Assembly: GCA_964650355.1 (NCBI GenBank)
Contig: CAZYTL010000009.1
Coordinates: forward strand, 413-64,412
DNA: 64,000 nt
Source of the DNA: an uncultured Gammaproteobacteria bacterium
Lineage (GTDB): Bacteria > Patescibacteriota > Microgenomatia > CAYXHB01 > CAZYTL01
Reading direction: 5' to 3'
In this document: positions 57,811 to 64,000 of the stretch, one piece after another
Position numbering within the stretch: the first letter of the stretch is position 1
Layout of the letters: each line of letters starts with the position of its first letter
The notes under the pieces: generated by a model
Database searches by the model: none
What the model saw: only the letters and a program-made list of their open reading frames with translations
What the model was told of the DNA's origin: nothing
Made by a program: the position numbers and the translations under genes

Positions 57811-58983
57811 TTACTTCCTGATGTTTCTTAAAAATGCAGGAATGTCAAAATCATCGCCTTCAGTGGGTGATTCGGTATCATCTTGGGGTTGATCCTGGTC
57901 GTCGGTGTGCTGTTCATCCGTAGTTTGTTGCACAGGTTGGGCTGGTTGATCGTCGGAGAGGGAGCCAATCAGACCGGTGGCTGGTTTGACGCTCGGAGGT
58001 TTGGTAAAGTGAGCAATGCGGGCTTGAGTATCATCAAATCCGGTAGCAATGACCGTGATTTGAATTTCGTCGGCCAGTGCCCTATCAATGGTGGCGCCAA
58101 AAATGATGTTGGCGTCAGAAGCAGCGCTTTGAGCAATGATCTGGGCGGCTTCATCCACTTCGGTCATGGTCAGGTCCTCACCGCCGGTAATGTTAAACAG
58201 GATGCCTTTGGCCCCTTCAATGGATAGCTCAAGCAAAGGGGAAGAAATGGCGGATTTGGCTGCGGCTTGTGCCCGATTTTCACCGGTGCCCACGCCGATG
58301 CCCATCAGGGCTGATCCGGCGCTTTCCATGATGGCTTTGACGTCAGCAAAGTCAACGTTAATCAAACCCGGAACGGTGATGATGTCAGAGATGCCTTTTA
58401 CACCTTGATTAAGCACAGAATCAACCATTTTAAAGGCATTGAGCAGGGTGACTTTGCGATCGACCACATCCAACAAGCGTTGATTGGGGATGACGATCAT
58501 GGTGTCTACTTTTTCTTTGAGGTTAGTCAAACCTTCTTCGGCCACTGACATGCGTCTGGTGCCTTCAAAGGCAAAGGGTTTGGTGACGATAGCCACGGTT
58601 AAAGCGCCGACTTCTTGAGCGACTTCCGCTACCACAGGCCCGGCGCCAGTACCGGTACCACCACCAGCGCCGTAGGTGACAAACACCATATCACTGTCAG
58701 TTAAGTATTCCCTGATCTTGTCCCTGGATTCTTCTGCAGCGGCTGTGCCGATGTCCGGATCGGCTCCGGAACCTAAACCTTTGGTAACTTGCTCGCCGAT
58801 TTGGAGTTTAAGTTCAGCCTGGTTTTGAAGCAGGGCCTGAGCGTCGGTGTTAATGGAAATGAAGTCCACGCCGGCAATCTGACCGTCTGAAATCATGGTA
58901 TTGATGGCATTACTGCCCCCACCACCCACACCCACAACTTTGATTCTGGCAAAACCGCCGAGACTGGATTTAACGAGTGCCAT
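57811..58983 (-). CDS. ftsZ: Cell division GTPase FtsZ
   Basis: [13 protein letters not shown] tubulin signature, [22 protein letters not shown]; acidic C-terminal tail. Confidence 0.95.
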   Translation of the reverse strand: MALVKSSLGGFARIKVVGVGGGGSNAINTMISDGQIAGVDFISINTDAQALLQNQAELKLQIGEQVTKGLGSGADPDIGTAAAEESRDKIREYLTDSDMVFVTYGAGGGTGTGAGPVVAEVAQEVGALTVAIVTKPFAFEGTRRMSVAEEGLTNLKEKVDTMIVIPNQRLLDVVDRKVTLLNAFKMVDSVLNQGVKGISDIITVPGLINVDFADVKAIMESAGSALMGIGVGTGENRAQAAAKSAISSPLLELSIEGAKGILFNITGGEDLTMTEVDEAAQIIAQSAASDANIIFGATIDRALADEIQITVIATGFDDTQARIAHFTKPPSVKPATGLIGSLSDDQPAQPVQQTTDEQHTDDQDQPQDDTESPTEGDDFDIPAFLRNIRK

Positions 58984-59253
58984 AGAGATTGAAGTTTAGA
59001 AATTGGTTGTTTAAAGATAAGAAAACAGCAATGTAAATTAGGTTCAGATTAACAAAATTATTGTTGGCTGTTTTGAGAATTCCTGTTTTAACTATTCTCC
59101 TGATATTATATCAAACGAAAAAAGCTCTGCACTGGGCAGAGTTTTATTAAACTGACGTTAAAGCGTACTTTTGTCTATAGTCTAATTTTAACCTGTAATG
59201 AAAATATCTGCAAGTTGAAAAACCAATGATTCACCAAACCATTCTGTTATGTT

Positions 59254-60171
59254 ATGCTGAGAGTAAACATGGATGGAAGTCATAAATTTTCACTAAAGCT
59301 AATTGGTTTAATATCTCTGTCCTTCTTGATATTTTTCTTGGTGCTAATTTTTCCTCCCCAGTCGTACGCGCAAGGGTATTATCGATGCTATGATGCTGGT
59401 GGAGTGGGTGCTTGTATGGATGTTGAGCCCCATTGCGCAAGTGACTACGTGACTCCTGCTGGTGCCTGCACACTAGGTGAGACGTGTAATGAAAATCATC
59501 CGTGTGTGGCTCCCACAATAACTCCTATTCCTATTGGTGATTGTGACTGCGATGCTTCCTGCAACGTGATTTCAGGTACAAATACTTGCGCCTCTGGAAC
59601 TACTGCTACCTGCGACCCTCAGGATCCTAATTTAGGCTATTGTCTCGGTGGCTGTAGTTGTTCAGTTCCGCAGGGATCTTTAGCCTGTAATGCTCAGTGT
59701 ACTGAGGATAATCAATGTGACCCTGATACCGGTTGTGGAGTATGTGCAAATGTAGGGACCTGGTTAGTTCATGATTTCCGTTGTGTGACACCCACACCAG
59801 CGTCATCTTCAACGGATGTCCTCCCTTATAATCCTTGTGAAGGGGTGGAAGACAGAGGAGCTTGCGAGACTTGTGTAAGTGGTGGCGGAGCATATACTGC
59901 GTTGGGATGTATTGATACAGATCCTGGTCCGTTTGCTGCTGAAATTATCAAAATTTTATTTGGACTGGCTGGAGGGGTAGCTTTCCTGCTGATGATTTAC
60001 GGGGCTTTTCTGTGTGTAACCAGCAGAGGTGATCCGCAAAAAGCCCAGGCGTGCAGAGAAACTATCACCGCGGCAGTGGTGGGGTTGTTGATGTTAATTT
60101 TTTCTCTGTTCATTGTGCGGTTGATTTTTGGACCGATAGGGATTATTCCTGGCCTAGTAGATATTTTTTAG
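59254..60171 (+). CDS. Cys-rich extracytoplasmic protein with C-terminal T4SS-pilin-like (TrbC/VirB2-like) two-helix anchor
   Basis: Signal/TM; ~190-aa region with >30 Cys (CYDAGGVGACMDVEPHCASDYVTPAGACTLGETCNENHPC...CDCDASC...); C-terminus IIKILFGLAGGVAFLLMIYGAFLCVTSRGDPQKAQACRETITAAVVGLLMLIFSLFIV. Confidence 0.6.
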   Translation: MLRVNMDGSHKFSLKLIGLISLSFLIFFLVLIFPPQSYAQGYYRCYDAGGVGACMDVEPHCASDYVTPAGACTLGETCNENHPCVAPTITPIPIGDCDCDASCNVISGTNTCASGTTATCDPQDPNLGYCLGGCSCSVPQGSLACNAQCTEDNQCDPDTGCGVCANVGTWLVHDFRCVTPTPASSSTDVLPYNPCEGVEDRGACETCVSGGGAYTALGCIDTDPGPFAAEIIKILFGLAGGVAFLLMIYGAFLCVTSRGDPQKAQACRETITAAVVGLLMLIFSLFIVRLIFGPIGIIPGLVDIF

Positions 60172-60214
60172 ACGTTTTTAGTTAAACTAAAAACGTCCCA
60201 AAGTTTATTTATAT

Positions 60215-60781
60215 ATGAATATGCGAGGTTTATTTCGAGTCACGGTTATAGTTGGTTCCTTCCTAGCAATATTCTACTTATTACCCAGTAAATTCTTTTA
60301 TATCCGGGCTCAACTTGAAAATATTTGTTGCTCAACGCCCGGCGACTGTCAAGATCCTAGTAAACCCAACTGCGTGGAACCTGGCGCGGGACAAGAGGAT
60401 TGTGATCGAGCCCACGGAACGCTACTTAATAAACCACGGTATTGTGCTGCGCCTTCGGGAAGTAATCCTAGCTTTAGGATTCCGAATTATCGGGAAATCG
60501 GTCAATCTGGTTTTCGTTTTTTCCAAGGTAATCCCAGCACGCTTGATGTTGGAAAAATAGTTTCGGAATTACTCCCTTATGTATACGTACTGGCTGGGCT
60601 GCTGTTGTTTGGTTATTTGATTTACGGCGGGTTTCATTTGGTGACCTCGTTCGGCTCCCCGAAAGCGATTTTGGAGGCCTGGTTGATTATTTTCAGGGCT
60701 TTAGTGGGATTTGTCATGGTATTTGTGTCTTTCTGGCTGATTCAGATAGTGGAAAGGATTTTTGGGTTGGATATACTCTAA
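60215..60781 (+). CDS. Cys-rich protein with C-terminal T4SS-pilin-like anchor (tandem paralog)
   Basis: N-terminal TM, Cys-rich region (CCSTPGDCQDPSKPNCVEPGAGQEDCDRAHG...YCAAP); C-terminus VYVLAGLLLFGYLIYGGFHLVTSFGSPKAILEAWLIIFRALVGFVMVFVSFWLI. Confidence 0.6.
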   Translation: MNMRGLFRVTVIVGSFLAIFYLLPSKFFYIRAQLENICCSTPGDCQDPSKPNCVEPGAGQEDCDRAHGTLLNKPRYCAAPSGSNPSFRIPNYREIGQSGFRFFQGNPSTLDVGKIVSELLPYVYVLAGLLLFGYLIYGGFHLVTSFGSPKAILEAWLIIFRALVGFVMVFVSFWLIQIVERIFGLDIL

Positions 60782-60876
60782 CTACTCCCCTGCTGAGAGA
60801 AGGTTGAGCTTGAAGAGGAGAAATCGACAGCAGATTGAATTTACTAATTGACAAAAACGCTGATAAATCTTAAAGT

Positions 60877-61665
60877 TTGTTCATGGCTTCTGAAGGTACG
60901 TCTTCGAATGGTAAACGAAACGGGATGCCGGGATTTGCAGTAATTTTATTGATCGCCGGTGCCTTTATCGTGGGGATGTTTTGGAACCGGTTGACCAGCC
61001 TGGAAAGGCAAGTGGACGAATTAAAAGGCGGGAGTAAACCTCAGGCGGCTGCTGGAAATCAAGCCGGCACGGGGCAAGTGAATAATCAGCCGACTGCTGC
61101 GGACCAGCCGCAATTAGGTAGTGCTGCGCAGGTTGATCCGGTAACTGAAACTGATCATCTTCGAGGTAATCCCAAGGCGGATATTATATTGATTGAGTAT
61201 TCGGATTTTCAGTGTCCTTTTTGCCATCAGTTCCACCCTACTATGCAACAGGTAATGAAAGACTACGGAGACAAAGTTGCCTGGGTTTATCGTCATTTTC
61301 CTCTGACTCAACTTCATCCTAATGCTCAACCGGCAGCTGAAGCGTCGGAATGTGTGGCTGAATTGGGCGGCAATGATGCGTTCTGGAAGTACGCTGATGA
61401 ATTGTTCACAGGAACAGATTTATCTAAGGACGGTCTCACCACAGCGGCAGTTAAGATAGGAGTGGATAAGACTAAGTTCACCAGTTGTTTTGAGAGTGGT
61501 AAATACACCCAAAAAGTTAATGATTTGATGGCTTCGGGTCAAAAGGCAGGAATAAACGGAACGCCTGGGACGGTAATTTTGCAAGTAAGTACAGGTAAAA
61601 CAACTTTGATTCCTGGGGCGTATCCAGTAGCCCAGGTGGAGCAGGCGATAGATAGTTTCCTTTAA
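60877..61665 (+). CDS. Membrane-anchored DsbA-like thiol:disulfide oxidoreductase
   Basis: TM GFAVILLIAGAFIVGMF; thioredoxin CxxC active site YSDFQCPFCHQFHP; DsbA-like helical insertion. Confidence 0.8.
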   Translation: MFMASEGTSSNGKRNGMPGFAVILLIAGAFIVGMFWNRLTSLERQVDELKGGSKPQAAAGNQAGTGQVNNQPTAADQPQLGSAAQVDPVTETDHLRGNPKADIILIEYSDFQCPFCHQFHPTMQQVMKDYGDKVAWVYRHFPLTQLHPNAQPAAEASECVAELGGNDAFWKYADELFTGTDLSKDGLTTAAVKIGVDKTKFTSCFESGKYTQKVNDLMASGQKAGINGTPGTVILQVSTGKTTLIPGAYPVAQVEQAIDSFL

Positions 61666-61864
61666 AACTTCTAACTATCTTGGGCAGCTAGACGGGTTGA
61701 GGTAGATGAATCAGCGGATAGACGATAATGAGAAACTAAGTGATTCGAAAATCGAGATGTCTAATCGTTTACAAAATCTAAGAGTTCCCTAATTTTATAA
61801 CCCTCTAGATCCATAATTTAGGCTGAAAGTTTGTTATGTTTGTTGTGTAGGGTGTGAGGTTAAT

Positions 61865-62737
61865 CTAATCCTTAGAAGTCCTCTGAAACTCTTCCAGAAG
61901 TCTTTTTTGTTCTCCGGTTAGTTTATCAGGAAGGTCAACGATGATTCTCACATATTGGTCTCCCCTCCCCCCCCCATGAAGCCTAGGAGCGCCTTGGCTA
62001 GCCAAGCGGATCAGGCTGTGCGATTGGGTTCCTGGTCGGATTTTGATCTTTATGGGTTTCTCAATAGTAGAAACTTCTGTCTCGCCACCGAGAATGGCCT
62101 GAGTAAAGGGAATATGGTGATCAACGAAAATATTAGGCCCTTCCCGTTTGAATTGAGGGTGGGGTTTGACGTCAATACTGACATCAAAATCGGCAAATCG
62201 GATATGGGTGCCATCATCTGCCCCAGCAGGGATTTTAATAGTATGTTGTTTCCCCTGGATGACCACCTTTTTTTCTGTGCCGTGCATGGCTTCTTCAAAA
62301 CTGATGCTCAGAGAATAGTGCGGTTTGGCAGGACCACGGGCACCAAAGGGTGAAGCCCCGCCGAAAAATTGTTCGAAGATCTCAAAAGGATCGGAAAAAT
62401 CAAATTCGCTGAACGGGATGTTGCCGTTAGTGGAGTATGTGTAAGTGAAGGGTCCGGAACGATAGGTCCGAGCTTGAGGACCGCCAAACCCCCCGGGGAA
62501 TCCGGCCCCAGGAGAAAAGGCTGCCGGGCCAAATTGATCGTATTTTTGTCTTTTTTGGGGATCGGACAACACTTCGTAGGCTCGGTTTATTTCTTTGAAT
62601 TTTTTTTCGGCTTCTGGCGATTTGTTTTTGTCTGGATGCCACTGCAAAGCCAGCTTACGATAAGCTTTTTTGATTTCTTCGGCGCTGGAGCTTTTGGATA
62701 CTCCTAGAGTTTGGTAGAAATCTGAAGTCTCAGCCAT
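61865..62737 (-). CDS. J-domain co-chaperone (DnaJ type II/CbpA-like, no zinc-finger domain)
   Basis: J domain [33 protein letters not shown] with HPD; G/F-rich region; no CxxCxGxG repeats. Confidence 0.8.
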   Translation of the reverse strand: MAETSDFYQTLGVSKSSSAEEIKKAYRKLALQWHPDKNKSPEAEKKFKEINRAYEVLSDPQKRQKYDQFGPAAFSPGAGFPGGFGGPQARTYRSGPFTYTYSTNGNIPFSEFDFSDPFEIFEQFFGGASPFGARGPAKPHYSLSISFEEAMHGTEKKVVIQGKQHTIKIPAGADDGTHIRFADFDVSIDVKPHPQFKREGPNIFVDHHIPFTQAILGGETEVSTIEKPIKIKIRPGTQSHSLIRLASQGAPRLHGGGRGDQYVRIIVDLPDKLTGEQKRLLEEFQRTSKD

Positions 62738-62863
62738 AGATAATAATTACTTAGCACTTTTACCGATTGATTGCTAGCCGATAGGTAAATTGTACCTAAA
62801 TTGCCAATTATTGCAAGAGGTGGTGTGGCTGAGGTTACTCGTGCTTGCCAATACTCGTTGTGG

Positions 62864-63262
62864 TTAGTTGACCTTACCACTGGGGGATTGCGGTTGGACC
62901 CGGAGAACGTTGAAAGTGGCGTGTCCTAGAGTTTTATTATCAGCCTGAAGTTCAATTCGGTAATCACCAGTCTGGCGTAAAGGTAAATTAACTACGTCAA
63001 AAAAGAGGTTGGCCATGCCACCGGGGCCGATCTGCATATTGAGTTGTTGGTTAATTACTTGCTTTTTAAGAGGATCAAGAATTTGGATAGTGACTGGTTG
63101 TTGAGAATTTTCTTTGCCAGTGACCATGGCCACGATGGTAAATTTAAGATAATTGGTAGGAATTTTCTGGACAAATATTTGGCGGAAAATACCTATCAAG
63201 TTTACTTTTCCCTCTCTGGTAACAGAGGCCAGGTCGCAGATGCCTAAAAAAGTGAGGTCCAT
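62864..63262 (-). CDS. Hypothetical protein (132 aa)
   Basis: ORF immediately downstream of rpsJ, where rplC is normally found; no motif recognised. Confidence 0.45.
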   Translation of the reverse strand: MDLTFLGICDLASVTREGKVNLIGIFRQIFVQKIPTNYLKFTIVAMVTGKENSQQPVTIQILDPLKKQVINQQLNMQIGPGGMANLFFDVVNLPLRQTGDYRIELQADNKTLGHATFNVLRVQPQSPSGKVN

Positions 63263-63436
63263 GAAAGAGAGTAATTAGTAATTGGCAAACGGAAATTAAG
63301 AAATTATTCGTTGAAATTTAAGATTTTGTCTGTCGGAGATGGTGACGATGCCCGTTTCGGTTACGTTTAGGTTAGGTTACGTGACCGTTACCTTTAAACG
63401 ATACGAGTTTGGTCACCCTAACCCCAACCGTGTTCC

Positions 63437-63754
63437 TTACATCTTCACCTCGATGTCTACACCGGCAGGAAGATCCAGGTGCGAAAGGGAATCAATGGTT
63501 TTGTTGGTGGGATTTAAGATATCAATCAGCCTTTTGTGGGTGAGAATTTGAAAGTGGTTACGGGCGTCTTTGTCAGTGTGGGGAGAGGTGGTAACTGTAA
63601 AAAGTTTTCGATGAGTGGGCAAAGGTACCGGACCTACAACTTGGGCACCAGTAGCCAGGGCGGTTTCGAAGATTTTAGCCGCCGCATCGTCAATGACCCG
63701 GTGATCATAAGCTTTGAGTTTGATTCTGATACGAGTGAGGGGTTTTTGAGGCAT
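63437..63754 (-). CDS. rpsJ: 30S ribosomal protein S10
   Basis: [39 protein letters not shown]...[17 protein letters not shown]. Confidence 0.92.
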   Translation of the reverse strand: MPQKPLTRIRIKLKAYDHRVIDDAAAKIFETALATGAQVVGPVPLPTHRKLFTVTTSPHTDKDARNHFQILTHKRLIDILNPTNKTIDSLSHLDLPAGVDIEVKM

Positions 63755-63828
63755 GTTTAACAGTTAGTTGGTGATATGTGACAATTGGCAATAACTTAAT
63801 TCAAAATAAACTGTTTCCAAACTTGCAT

Positions 63829-63852
63829 AAAAAAGCCAGAGTTTCCTCTGGC
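63829..63852 (-). terminator. Rho-independent terminator downstream of tuf
   Basis: Minus-strand gccagaggaaactctggc hairpin followed by tttttt. Confidence 0.6.
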
Positions 63853-63919
63853 TAGCATAATAGCCTTTTTGATAAAGGCTGGAATGAATTGTCAATTTAA
63901 CTGGTGTTTGCTAGCCAGT

Positions 63920-64000
63920 CTAAGCAATGGTTTTGGTTGCCACCCCGGCTCCGACGGTTTTGGATCCTTCACGAATGGCGAATCTTAAGCCTTCTTCTAG
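63920..64000 (-). CDS. tuf: Elongation factor Tu, 3' end only (partial at window edge)
   Basis: Minus-strand translation ...EGLRFAIREGSKTVGAGVATKTIA* matches the conserved EF-Tu C-terminus. Confidence 0.85.
   Translation of the reverse strand, partial: LEEGLRFAIREGSKTVGAGVATKTIA

Noticed and set aside
1-64000. CRISPR arrays, integrase/transposase genes, rRNA genes
   Set aside because: I scanned the intergenic regions for regularly spaced direct repeats and found none. No ORF shows tyrosine/serine recombinase or DDE transposase motifs, and no rRNA-like segments were seen.

Overview
This 64-kb window reads as a compact, gene-dense bacterial chromosome segment. Inferred from gene content only: small proteins, an encoded 3' CCA on tRNA-Glu, type-2 IleRS and iPGM suggest a Candidate Phyla Radiation / Patescibacteria-like organism with standard stop-codon usage. 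Most of the window is housekeeping: gpmI, secA, murB, murA, ftsW, murG, lon, ileS, ftsZ, rodA, rplU, rpmA, rpsJ, the 3' end of tuf, lepB, parB, four tRNAs (Glu-CUC, Leu-UAG, Gly-GCC, Val-CAC), three Nudix hydrolases, several HD phosphohydrolases, a MazG-like gene, and a cell-envelope glycosylation cluster (UbiA/GT4/GT39-83/GT1). No CRISPR array, integrase or transposase is visible. The parts worth a second look are these. (1) Two tandem, extremely Cys-rich proteins with C-terminal T4SS-pilin-like two-helix anchors sit immediately upstream of a membrane DsbA-like oxidoreductase next to ftsZ; a third pilin-like gene lies behind a MarR regulator. (2) There are two insertion footprints. A GIY-YIG nuclease gene is wedged between an intact tRNA-Gly and a 54-nt 5' partial copy of that tRNA whose anticodon arm is replaced by a perfect 18-nt palindrome. 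A PlsC-family acyltransferase gene is flanked by the real secA 3' end and a ~30-nt duplicate of that end that still encodes KCHYPQLLS*. (3) A ~60-nt internal ftsW fragment lies upstream of a DUF218 gene that overlaps ftsW. (4) Two paralogous 75-aa coiled-coil proteins bracket a PPDK_N/ATP-grasp-like protein. (5) An internally duplicated (tandem) HD-domain protein, with a second HD gene and a methyltransferase, interrupts the mur/fts cluster. (6) Four ABC permeases have no ATPase gene nearby. All functional calls are based on motifs read by eye; no database search was possible.
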